This document shows positions 23,621 through 36,100 of a stretch of 64,000 nt of DNA, one piece after another. Each line of letters begins with the position of its first letter. The stretch's first letter is position 1. The notes under the pieces were generated by a model, which saw only the letters and a list, made by a program, of their open reading frames with translations, did not search any database and was not told the DNA's origin. The position numbers were made by a program, and so were the translations under genes. The stretch comes from Octopus sinensis. Its lineage: Eukaryota. The stretch is from assembly GCF_006345805.1 (NCBI RefSeq), contig NC_043005.1, forward strand, positions 90,086,001-90,150,000, given 5' to 3'.

Positions 23621-25609
23621 AAACAAGATGAGGACAAATATCCGTCAAATGTAAATAATGTACATAATTCCTCATCTCTTAAATATAGAACTATAGAAAG
23701 AATTATTATTATTTTAATATAACCAGCATCTGTAGATGCATCTCCTGATGTTTATGTGTGGTGATGCTTGTCACATTATTGCTTCGATTTATGACTCACC
23801 AGGACCACTTTTCATGGCCTCACTGTCCATTCTGTCTTCATAGATTCCTATGGAGACATGAATCATTTCGTTAACCAGCCAGTTCCATCCTCTGTTGCCC
23901 TTATGAATTAAATGTTGAGTCCTTCAAAGTTCCAAGTTTAGTTAAAAATCCATCTTTTATTTCTGCAGGATTAATAAAATGCCAGAAATACTGATTTGGT
24001 ATAAAGTTTAGAATAAAAACCATTTCCACCTCTTTTAGGAATAGAAGTTAAGAGATTATATATTAAGATCAGAAATGGAACACAAGTTTTGGTAGATACA
24101 TTGAGAGAAGAAATGGATATTTTGCTTTGACTCTGTAATTAGCAGGCATGTTAATTATTTCGAGTTATAAATTTCACCTATATGCGTTTTTTTTATTTAC
24201 CTTTTTTAATGTTTTCTATTTTCAGGATGCCTATCATCGGGTTGTGGAACTTTGGTAAAAACCCCAGGATGGTTTCACCAACAACATTTTTTCCCAGTTT
24301 GTGAATACATTTAAGGTACATGACCCTGACCCTCTCTTTTGCATCGACTAAGGATATTTAAAACAGTCATAACTGATTAAAGAAGTAATTGGAATCAATA
24401 TATTTTGTGCTATTGATCTAGTTGACCAGTTGTAAAGTGACGTTTAGTTAAAATTCCATTTGGAAAGCTATGTTATTTACCTCCCTTTGCTTCTTATAAT
24501 AAAGGATTCAACGCAGTTACCTCCCTTAATAACTTTTCTAATTACCTGATTGTACTTTATCACTGATACGCAATCTTATTTGCCGGTGGCTCCACCCTTA
24601 AATTATATAAATCTTGATCCAATACATGACAGATATATAATTTCTTTCTTTTGGAACTTGAAACCGATTGATTTTCGTTTTATCAGGTTTCAAAACTATA
24701 TAAGTTAGTATTATAAACTGTTGGTGTTAATTTATTAAAGGGTTTTTACACAAACACACTTTCCCCCCTCTCTCTCTCCTCTTAGAGCCTGACTGTTTAA
24801 CATTTGTAGAATATTACTTATTCAATATTTTATTCAGTAAGTGCAACTTCTCCGTATTAATTTAACAACTCTTTTTGTTGCCACATAAAAAGGATTAATG
24901 TCAGTGCCACGTAAGAAGCACTGGTGCCATATAAAAGGCACACAGTACATTGTGTAAAGTGGTTGGCGTTAGAAAGGGCACCCATCTGTAGAAACCATGC
25001 TAAAACGGACAATGGAATCTGGTGCAGCTCCTATCAAACTGTCCAACCAATGCCAGCGAGAAAAACGGATGTGAAATGATGATGATGATGATGATAAACC
25101 TCATTGGATTGACCTTATTGACCTTTCCTTCTGTCCATCAAAGATTGATAAAACCAGTGTCAGTCATTTAGTGACGTTAATTCCTCTCCAACAAATTAGT
25201 TGCCTTGTTTGTAATGTTGATGCAACCAATCAATTTGGAGCTCTATATCGGAATTATCCAAGACCGATTAGGCTACCAAGAGTTTGCCAAAGTACTTTCC
25301 ACTAAAGCTTACTTGATTTTAATACAATTTAGTTAAATAAAAAGAGGCAGGCCCATAACCTTTGCAATCTCTTTGTAACGAAAGTGAATATCTTCTCTGG
25401 ACCTTTTGGGGATGCGAGAAGCAATCACTTTCCGTTGCTTTAATAATCCAGATTCTACCAGTCAGAAACAACAAGACGCAGACGTAAAATATATATATCT
25501 ACTTTATTCTCTTATGACAGTAACAGATAATTGGTATATCTGGGTATCCCTTTGGTATAGATGTGTCAGAGCTGAACTATATCGCTGTAGAATTTACAGT
25601 GTCCAAATG

Positions 25610-25900
25610 CTAACGACACTGGTCAAAGATGGCGTCCGGAAAGAGGAAGATGATGTTGTCTGCAACAATTTGGTTAAAGCCTTCGGCCGACTGCTATCAA
25701 AAATGGACAGCGAGAAAATATACGTCCGTTGCCCTCGGTCGCTTTGTCTCAAGTCAATGACTGCTGCTGGACGCTAGTGGTCAACGTCCTACGATCCCCT
25801 TGCCTCGGCTAACTGCCACGTAGGCAAAAGGGTCCTACTTCCGGTGCTTCGCGCGCGCGCGAAATAGAAATGGACGGTGCGCGCGCGCGCACCGTTATAT
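25610..25900. promoter_or_regulatory. CpG-rich promoter-like island
   Basis: Locally CpG-dense in AT-rich DNA. YY1-type AAGATGGCG (25626-25634), ETS-type ACTTCCGG (25837-25844), (CG)6 run and a 22-bp palindrome. Function inferred. Confidence 0.55.
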
Positions 25901-26171
25901 AGGATCATTACATCTTCTAAACTGACGAGAGATTCATCTGGTTGATATTCAGCCTGAACGTCATCATTTGTTGTAACCTTCGAACAAAACAGTTTTCTAG
26001 TTTTGTAAACTAACGAAGCATTCAACAGTTGATTAGTGCTCCTACTTGAATCCCTGTTTTAAGAAATAACTTGATGTGAGGTTTTTTTACCTCTTCATGT
26101 GTCATTTGAGATTTGTTGAAGAAATATCTTTAGTTTTCTGTTTTTAATTTAATTCTCATTTTTATTTGGTA

Positions 26172-26520
26172 CTAGCAGAATTGCCCGGCGATGCTCGGGG
26201 CTGAATTGCTTGAAAGTACTGTTAATGATTGCACTGAATTATGATGATTATTCAGGCAAATATTGATATAAGTTTACGGCGAATGAATGTATTTGTAAGT
26301 GTATAGAAAGCCGTGTAAAGGGGTTCCTACCCCCTCGTAGAATGATGTAAGAATTGAATGCGAGGTTGCCTTGAAAAGAGCCATGTTATTGTTCTCATAA
26401 TTGTAAGAATTTGATAGTTGTGGAAGGCGGTGTAAAACGTTCGCAGGTGAATAGGGTCTCTTCGATTTCTACAAATGGCAGCGGATGTGCTGTTACAAAA
26501 CTTCATGCTGTGTTAAAAGA
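26172..26520 (-). mobile_element. Helitron 3' end, same family as 27794-28625
   Basis: 26171-26280 nearly duplicates 27793-27890 (hairpin plus CTAG|T). 5' limit not defined. Confidence 0.7.
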
Positions 26521-27793
26521 GAATGGATGCCCTATGTAGGCAAGAGGGGAATGAAGCATGGGTTAGTAAATATGGGTAATTTATAAGATATAGAACATGC
26601 ATGTATATATATGTATGTATGCCTGTATATATGTACAAAATCCACTGAGAAGGCTTTTGTTGGTCTGAAGCTACAGCAGAAGACACATGCCAAGTCACCA
26701 CACAGTGGGACTGAACCCAGGACCATGTGTTTGGAACGTAGTTTGTTACCACACAGCCACACCTGCCCCTATGTATGTGTGTGTGTGTGTGCGTATGTGT
26801 GTATGGGTAGATATATTATGCATGTATATATGTGTGTATATATGTGTACATATTACATGTACATCTATATCTATATACATCTACACATAAAATACAAAAT
26901 ACAAAGTTATATCTTGATATCGCTAGTGATAACAATACTCAAAATATATAACAGACTGGAATTGTAGGCCCGTCTCTTGCAATTTCGATCAATTGGATCT
27001 TGTCCTCCCTCTTGTATGGAAGTGTACGGCTGCAGCGAAATTCATTTTTGGACTTTCTTCTATCGAAGGCATTTTAACAAAAATGCTTCCGTAAAGACGG
27101 TGAAAATATTGTCAATTTCCCAAAACAGGGACACAATTCAATTTTTAAACAATAACCAAAGCCCCTTCTCCGAAAGGAGGAGGGTTACGGTTTACAATTA
27201 TTTAACAAATGCCACACAACAACGTTTCCCTGACGAGGAACCAACAAACGTGATTACAATAGTCAAACAGTAATAATAATAACAAACCTTTTTAATTTAT
27301 CCCCATTTATGTGAAACCACTTATTCAAGTTCAAGTCATTGATGTAATTATATACGAATTGCTAATACACACACACACATAATAAGGGTGAAAAATCGAA
27401 TATTAATTTGATTAATATGAATTGAAAACCAGTGATATAGCATATAAGACCATAGCGGATCTTCCTCTAGCAAAAAGGATAACCAGTATTAATGGCTCAT
27501 CCCTGTTATATAAATACTTTCACTTTAATTGTTGCACACTTGCAAAGAGAAAGTGTGGTGGTAATGGAAGGAGTGAAGCACTTGAATAGAGAGAGAGAAA
27601 TCGTAAAATATTGAGTTTTCTCGAATTTTTGCTTAATTGGGGGTGAAATTGAAAAAACTTTACATGGCATGACCTAATGGAATCTACTTCGAAAAATCAT
27701 AGGTAAATTCCAATTGAAGAAATTCTATATTGTACAATTGTATAAAAAACGAACGATTTGGGAGGCAGAGAAAATCTGCCTTTTATCATAAAA

Positions 27794-28625
27794 CTAGCAG
27801 AATTGCCCGGCGTTGCTCGGGGCTGAATTGCTTGAAAGTACTGAATTATGATGATTATTCAGGCAAATATTGATATACGTTTACGGTGGGAGATAAGGAC
27901 TTAACGATCAAACGTGTGCCATTGCATTGTTTTGGGGGAACCGAATTTCTGATGAGCATTATAGGGGCACCAACTTTAAGTTTGAGAATGTGTGGTGTTA
28001 GTCCGGGGTGCTCAAAGGAATTGAGTACCTCTATTGGATAGTTGATGACGTCCTGTGGGTCAGGAGTTGTATTGATAGACTGATATACATAGACTTCCCC
28101 AGGAATGAGTTTTAGCATTTCATCATTAATATGGTGAACAGTTTTATTCCTCGGGACCAGTATAGCCTTTTGGCCAATCCAATCCATATTCTGATAATTA
28201 GCTTGTAGATCTTGGAACACTGCATCTCTGAGATCAGAAGGCGTCTTAACAATGGTACAAATGGAATCGATGGCAATATTACCATTTTCATCCCCTGGTA
28301 ATTTGCCTTCGCCAAGTGCAAGGAGGGTGTGAGGAAATGCTGCTGATGTGATATTACGTCGCATATGAGCACGCATATTGGTGTGAAGTTTGAGAGTTAC
28401 TTCCCTTTATTAAAAAAAATATGCATTAAAATGGAAGAAAATGATGGTAAAGTATTTGTAAAATCGTAGACTCATCGTAGACGCACGCTAATACCCAGAA
28501 GGGCTCGATATGAATCACGACTATAAGATACTCGGTTTTGGTTAAACTGCATCGCAAAATGTGGGAGTAGTTAGGAATCTAAATCGGAGTAGACAGACAC
28601 ACAACCTTTCTTTTATATATAAAGA
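27794..28625 (-). mobile_element. Non-autonomous Helitron retaining a PIF1-like helicase fragment
   Basis: A|TCTTTATATATAAAAG 5' end; CCCGAGCAACGCCGGG hairpin 8 nt before CTAG|T. ORF with AILVPRN, LKLKVGAPIMLIRN and CNGTRLIV helicase motifs. Confidence 0.92.
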
Positions 28626-28626
28626 T

Positions 28627-29090
28627 TTTCGTCCTAAAAAACTTTGTATGGATTGAATGGTTACCTCTAAGGAAATATATACACGCACATTATACATACA
28701 TGTGTGTATAGATGAATATATAAATACATTTAAATATCTATATACACTTTTGGGCGATCTTTCTGCTTCTTAGAGATAACTTTAGATGTTATTTTCGTCC
28801 TAAAAAACTTTGTATGGAGTGAATGGTTACGTCTATGGAAATATATACACACACATTATACATACATGTGTGTATAGATGAATATATAAATACATTTAAA
28901 TATCTATATACACTTTTGGGCGATCTTTCTGCTACTTGGATATACTTTAGATCTTATATTCGTCCTAAATAACTTTGTATGGCGTGAATAGTTACCTCTA
29001 TGGAAATATATACACACACATTATACATACATGTGTGCATAGATGAATATATAAATACATTTAAATATCTATATACACTTTTGGGCGATC
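28627..29090. repeat. Tandem repeat, about 166-bp unit, about 2.8 copies
   Basis: CGTCCTAAA recurs at 28630, 28796 and 28961 with near-identical intervening sequence. Confidence 0.92.
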
Positions 29091-29229
29091 ACACACACAC
29101 ACACGCACCGTCATACACACACACGCACACACACACACACACACGCACACACACACACACACACACACGCACACACGTTAGCTTACAATTTTATTTATAT
29201 ATTTGCGTGTCTATGTGTGTAAAGAGGAA

Positions 29230-29868
29230 GTGGGAATAATATGCAGAGTAAAGGCTTCGAAGTGAAATGTTAAAATATTGAGTTTTCTCGAATTTTGTCT
29301 TAATTGGGGGTGAAATTGAAAGAAATTTTGTATGGCATGACCGAATGGAAGTAATTTGAAAAATCATAGGTAAACTCTAATTGAAGAAATTGTGTGAGGA
29401 GTAAATCGTTATGTATTTATTTGTTTCTGTTTGCTGTGTGTGTGTGTTTTTTTTTTGAGTAGTGGTTTAAGGTACACTTGCAAAGAGAAAGTGGGAGAAA
29501 TTAGGGTGATAGCATGAGTGATCCGTTTTATATAAATAGTTTCACTTTAATCGTTGCACACTTGCAAAGAGAAAGGAGTAGAAATTAGGGTGATAGCGTG
29601 AGTGAAGCAGATCGCTCCGTTTTTGTGTGTGTGCGTGTGTGTGTGCTGTAGCCCACACTAAGAAAAGCACTTCACTTACACACCACAATGTGAGTTTTCT
29701 CTAAATTTTGCTTAATTGGGGTTGAAATTTTAAAAACTGGACCTGGCACGACCCGATGCATTCTACTCTTAAAAATGCTAGGTAAATTGTAATTGAAGAA
29801 ATCCTATATTGTAGATTTCTATAAGAGACAAAGGGAGGCAGATAAAATCTGCCTTTTATAATAAGAGA
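29230..29868 (-). mobile_element. Non-autonomous Helitron-like 5' portion. Related partial copy at about 27460-27792
   Basis: A|TCTCTTATTATAAAAGGCAG 5' end. Internally duplicated module; reverse complement of 46964-47470. Confidence 0.65.
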
Positions 29869-30122
29869 TTATCATAAGAGATAAGAGATAAAGTCAGGTT
29901 TTTATTATTCATCTCATTTTAAATCACAAACGAAATATAGATGTGTTCTTTATTGAAAGAAACCCTAATATGAACAGTATTTCTTTTAATTAAAATAATT
30001 CAAGCAGTGATTGACAACGAACGACGGAAAAAGTTAGAATTTGCTGCTGTTGGTGATGCCTTACCACCAACTCTGCAAAAGAAGAAGGAAAAGCGATTAA
30101 AAACAGTGTGTATTATTATTAT

Positions 30123-33100
30123 TTCCTTCTTTCTACAAATTTTCTTCCGTTTCTTGCCGAGTGTTTTCCGTACACCTTGGGCAGAGAAACTCATTGTATA
30201 CATTCCCAGATTACAAACGCAAATTCACAGGTGAAATATGTATTTAAAAAATTAATAAACAAATAAATTCATGAATGGATGTTGTTTTCACAGCGATAAT
30301 GCTCTTCTCAGTACATGAGCCGTTCCAGTTAACACGATTTTTGCACTTCCTGTAGGGATGGTAAGCCTGGAATCATTTTCAAATAGGTTTCAGTGCCTTT
30401 TTTTATCATTCCTAGAGATCCTACAATCACTGGTACTGTAGTCGCCTTGAGATGCCACATTTTTTCAATTTCTATTAGCAGGTCTTTATATTTACTAATC
30501 TTGTCAAATTCTTTCGCCGCTATATTGTGATCTCAAGTAATACTCATGTTAATTAATAAACACATCTTTTTTGTCTGATCTTTTATAATAATATCCGGCT
30601 TATTAGCTTTTATAGTTTTGTCGGTATGTACGGGGAAGTCCCATAGAATCGACACATTTTCTCCCTCAGTCACAGCTTCAGGATGGTGTTTATACCATTT
30701 GCCAGCGGTTTTGATTTTATAATGCTGACATATTGTCTAGTAAAAATATTGGCCGACTCTGTCATGTCTTGCTTTATATTCTACAGGTGCTAAGACTCTA
30801 CTCCCTGAGATTAGGTGGTCTATAGTTTCAATCTCATCGTTACAGAATCGGCATTTTGGGTCAGCTCCATTTTTTATCACATTGGCTTGGTAGTTACGGG
30901 TTAATAAGCTTTGGTCTTGAGCAGCTAATATGAAACCTTCACTCTCCGCTTTTAGCCCTGAGCTTCGTAACCATTGGTGCGTGTGTTTCTGGTCGACATC
31001 AGCTTGTTTGCTACGGGCCACATACTTGCCATGGAGAAGTTTCTGTTCCCATCTGCTAGCTAATTTGTCATGTGCTTTTCATCATCATCATCATTTAATG
31101 TCTACTTTCCATGCTAGCATGGGTTGGACGATTTTGACTGAGGGCTGGCGAACCAGATGGCTGCACCAAGCTCCAATCTTGATCTGGCAGAGTTTCTACA
31201 GCTACATGCCATTCCTAACGCCAACCTTTGCAATTAATTTTATTTTCCTTGCAGCAGCAGTTGGCGCATTTCCTTCAGCCTGATCAATCTGGTAGGTATC
31301 TAAGAGATCATAAGCGCATTTTTTGCTCTCTTCGAGAATAGAGTGAAGTTTTTTCGGTCTTTCATGTTTTTCAACAAGTTTTAGCATCCAATCGTTGGTT
31401 GCTTCAAGGTATTTGGCCAGTCTGATTGTGGTGGTTTTGTGTGTAAGTTCAAGCTGGATCAAACCTCGACCTCCCTGAGCCCTGGGAAGGTAAAGACGAG
31501 CCACGTCTGCCTTTGGATGGTGCATCTTATTACAAGTCAGTAGCTTGCAGATTTTTCTGTCAATTTGCATTATTTCACTGGTATTCCAGATAAGCACATT
31601 GAATCTATAAAGAACAACTGAGACTGCTAAGGAATTTATGGCTAACACCTTATTATATGCATTCAGCTCAGAATTCAGGATTGCTCGAACTCTTCTATAA
31701 CATTCCTTCCTAACCTTCTCTTTCATGCTGGATACCAGAGCCTTCATTTATTCCTAGGTATTTATAGGTTTGTTCCTGCTCAAGTTCCTTTATTACTATT
31801 TCGACATCTAATTCGATTGAACCTGACTTTATCAATTTCCCTTTCTTAAAAGTGGCTTTGGCACACTTTTCGAGGCCAAACTCCATCCCGATATCATCAC
31901 TGAATCCTTTCACTGTATGTAATAATCCTTCAAGCTCTTCATCATCTTTGCCATATAGCTTTAAGTCATCCATATAAAATAAATGGCTTATTTTTCTGTT
32001 GTCAATTTTGTAGCCATATCCTGTTCTATTCAGTTCACTTGAGAGTGGTATTAGTGCTATGCGGAAAATTAGTGGTGAAAGTGAGTCACCTTGGAAAATG
32101 CCAGTTTATGCTAATATTGTTTGAGCGCAATACTCCATTAGAATGATATAATTGGAGCTTCGTGTTCCATAGTGACATATTATACTTTAAAAAATCTGAA
32201 ATCACAGGAGAAATTTTGAAAATGTCCAGCGATTTCAGAATCAACGAATGTGGTATGCTGTCAAAGGTTTTTTATAATCAATCCATGAAGAGATTTCTGC
32301 GCTTGTTATGGTAGTTCTCAAGGATCATGCGATTAATTAGGAGCTGATCTTTACATTCATATGAGCCTCATCAGCATCCTTTTTGTTCAGTGGGAAAAAG
32401 GTTATTCCCTTCCATAAACATGTTTTCTCTACTAGAATAGATGTCAAAACCTTATAGGTAGTAGAGAAACATGTTATAGGCTGGTAGTTTTTTGGGTCTT
32501 TCGTTTCGTTATTTTGGGGGAGGAGGTAAGTAATACCATTTGCCATCCAATGGGGAGTTTTTTCCGGGTCTTTCATAATACCATTAAATAGTATTACTAA
32601 CATTTTGTGTGCGGACGAGTGATGAGAGCGAGAAATTTGGTACTCTATCAATACCAGGGGATTTCCACTTATGAGCCTTCGTTAGTGCCCTCCTTAGGTC
32701 GGCGATTGAGATGTCTTCCCATACCTGTTCTTGTAGATTTTTGTAGGCATCTTCATTGTATGGTTTCTCATCACTCCAGATCTCTTTCCAAAAGTTTTCA
32801 ACTTCTTCCATTAGAGGTGGATTTTCAAAAGGTTTTTTTTCTTTCCCTGTAAAATGATTTGGCATTGGAGTTATAACAGCTTATTTTGTTCGTAGAATTT
32901 GATTCTTTTCTCAAATCTGCGTATTCTCTGAGCTTTTGCTTGAACTTTTTGTTTAAGCGTTTCTTTTGCTGAGATTAGTTCTTCTCTTGTTGGGAGTCCA
33001 TATTTTCTCACAATCTTCCTGCCTTTTCTTGATTTTACAGTCAGAGTTGGAATGTTTCTGATCATATATGTCTGTTCGACAAAATCTATCATTTCCAGAA

Positions 33101-33130
33101 GAGGAGGCTCAGACCAGGCAAACTCGCACT
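30123..33130 (-). mobile_element. Degraded R4/Dong-like retrotransposon (family B) with a nested short repeat at about 31080-31220
   Basis: Fragmented ORFs: KVQAKAQRIRRFEKR, WKSPGIDRVPNF, MDDLKLYGKD, KECYRRVRA, WLRSSGLKAESEG, CRFC...H. Short (TAA)n tail. Confidence 0.9.
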
Positions 33131-36100
33131 TCATTGGTGGTCTAAATGTTAAAGTTGGTAAGACATCAATGAGACATCGTAACTGTATAGAATTTTGAGG
33201 TAGAGAGACAGAGAGAAAAAAAAAGGTAGGTCATGTGGTCAAAAGTTGAGTGCCACAGTGCAGCTATCTGGGCCAGTGGCCTCTACCACAGAAACTGTGT
33301 GAAACCCCATCGTGTATGTGTGTGTCATCATCATCGTTTAACGTCCGCTTTCCATGCTAGCATGGGTTGGACGATTTTGACTGAGGGCTGGCGAACCAGA
33401 TGGCTGCACCAGGCTCAATCTGATCTGGCAGAGTTTCTACAGCTGGATGGCCTTCCTAACGCCAACCACTCCGAGAGTGTAGTGGGTGCTTTTACGTGCT
33501 ACCGGCACGGGGCCAGTCAACGACCTCGCTCGAATCTTTTACACATGCCACCGGCACAGGTGCCAGTAAGGCTATGCTGGTGCGTGTGCATATGTATGTA
33601 TGTTTACAGACACAGAAATATACTTGTCTCCACTTCCCCGTTTGATAACCAGTGTTGGTTTGTTTACTTCCCAACAACTTACCAGTGTCTGATAGAATAA
33701 GTGCCAGACTTCAAAGATAAGTGCTGGGGTCGATTGTCTTGTTTGACCAAACCCTTCCAGCAGTACACCAACATGACAGAAACAAGTGTAAAAGATAACA
33801 CAAAACAAATGTCAAAGTTGGGGTCAGAATTTAATTTTTTCTTAATATTAATTAATATAATATCAGCAGCCTTAAATCAATAATACATATAAAAAAAAAA
33901 TTATAAAGAAAAGGTGATATTGTCATTTCTTTAAATATAAGGAAATATTAGAAATACATTTAAATTTCCTTTTTTGACTTCCTCACACCACCTTATAAAA
34001 CAGAGCATACGTGATTTATAGATATATATGTAATATAATATATATACAACAAAAGAAGATGGAGGGGGAGGAGATAATCATTGCCGTCTCGCTTCATTCT
34101 TCTGTTAGCAAAAGCATGCAGTTTACAATTACTGGCAGATAAGGAACACTGGCTCAAACATGTCTGTTGGTTTAAAAGAAACAATTTATAATATTGCCAG
34201 AAACAAGTTTAACTGCAAAGCTGAGACTGAAAAGAAAATCAAAGACAGTAATAATTAAATGGGAACATACATGGCAAATAATAAACTTGATTGCTTGAAC
34301 TAAGATACAAAAAAAATTTTTTTAATTTTAATTACATTTGTCTCTAACATTAATTACAAAGCTTTTCCTATGATGTTAATATTTTTATCAACACACACAC
34401 CTGCCACTTATCCCATGGCATTTCAATGCAAAATCATGAAACGGTATTTCACAAAGTAATGTCATCATTTAACGTCTGCTTTCCATGCTAGCATGGGTTG
34501 GACGATTTGACTGAGGTCTGGCAAATTAGACTCCAATCTGATCTGGCAGAGTTTCTACAGCTGGATGCCCTTCCTAACGCCACCCACTCCATGAGTGTAG
34601 TGGGTGTTTTTACGTGCCACCTGCACAGGAGCCAGTCCAGAGGCACTGGCGATAAAACTAAATTCTTTTGATGGACTAACTTGCTTGAAATAGCTTCTGG
34701 TTCTTTTGTTAAAAAATAATTATTTTAAAGGTGTTCAATTAGTCATCATCATATTGTCTACTCTTCCATACTTGCATAGGTCCAACGGATTTTGTTGAGG
34801 CAGATGCCTTTTATGTCTACAAAGGTAATGCTGGAAACAAATGGCACTGCTTGTACAACAGTGACACTCCTGAGCAACCACTGAGTGATGTTGGGACAAA
34901 CCCACCCAGAATTACACATCTATAAAGTGACCCCTTTCAATTCCTTACTACCAAAGCCTTTCGAAAAGCTTTGGTTGACCCACGGTTATAGAAAACAGCT
35001 TCCGAAGATGCCACAGTGAGAAATGAACTTGGGATTGAGAAGCAAGCTTCCTAACCACTCACAACCATCCCTGCACCTATACTAAAACCGTCCATCCTCA
35101 CATCATGTAAGGACCTTAAGTTCTAGTTCAAACCCCCATGCTTAAGAGATACTAATATATACAAAAAGGTGGTTGCTTTGATATTAAATCTCTTCAAACT
35201 AACCATTTTTTGGAAATTAATTGAAACAAACGGGCACTCATTAGAAATAGAACCAGAAAAGAATCGAACACCAAAAGCAGTTGTGATACCAGTGCTGGTG
35301 GCACGTAAAAGAACCATTTGAATGTGGCCGTTGCCAGCCTCCCCTGGCACGTAAAAAGCACCCACTACACTCACGGAGTGGTTGGTGTTAGGAAGGGCAT
35401 CCAGCTGTAGAAACTCTGCCACATCAGACTGGAGCCTGGTGCAGCCTCCTGGCTTCCCAGACCCCGGTCGAACCGTCCAACCCATGCTAGCCTGGAAAGC
35501 GGACGTTAAACGATGATCTCATCCATTAACATTTCAGCTCTATGTACATAACTCTCTACCATCATTGTTTTTTAAAGTCCATTTTATCAAATGTTATCAC
35601 CAATGGTCATCTGTTCCCAAGCAAGGCAACTCTTCTCCTTTTACAGAATATAGAGATAATGGCTGACATTGCGTGTATGACAGTGGCACTTGTTTGATCT
35701 TTCAGTTTCTGTCTACCGAATCCACCCATACGACATTGTTGGACCAGGGCTTATCGAAGAAAACTCTTGCCAAATGGGTCACACGCTGAGACTGACAGGA
35801 ACCATTATGGTTGGGAACTTCTCTATCACCTTTCTCAGCATAAAATACGGGGAATTCAGTGCATTTTGTCTTTGCAAGGAATTTAGTATGGTATTATTTC
35901 TGCCGACTCAGTTGCCTTAAACATCATTAACCAAAGTTTTTGTCACTGCAAGACCCATGAATCAATGCTAATATACACCCAGTACTTATTACAGAAACTA
36001 AAAACCATAACACTTCTTCTTCAGTGGTGTTCCCCACAATACTCAAACCCGATTTGTCTCTTACTTTGTTGGATAACTACAAGCAAAATGTATAGATTAG

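Noticed and set aside
25406-25777. 123-aa ORF over the CpG island
   Set aside because: TTG start, no recognisable motif, no splice context.
27228-27260. CTGACGAG as another hammerhead core
   Set aside because: No stem II and no properly placed GAAA.
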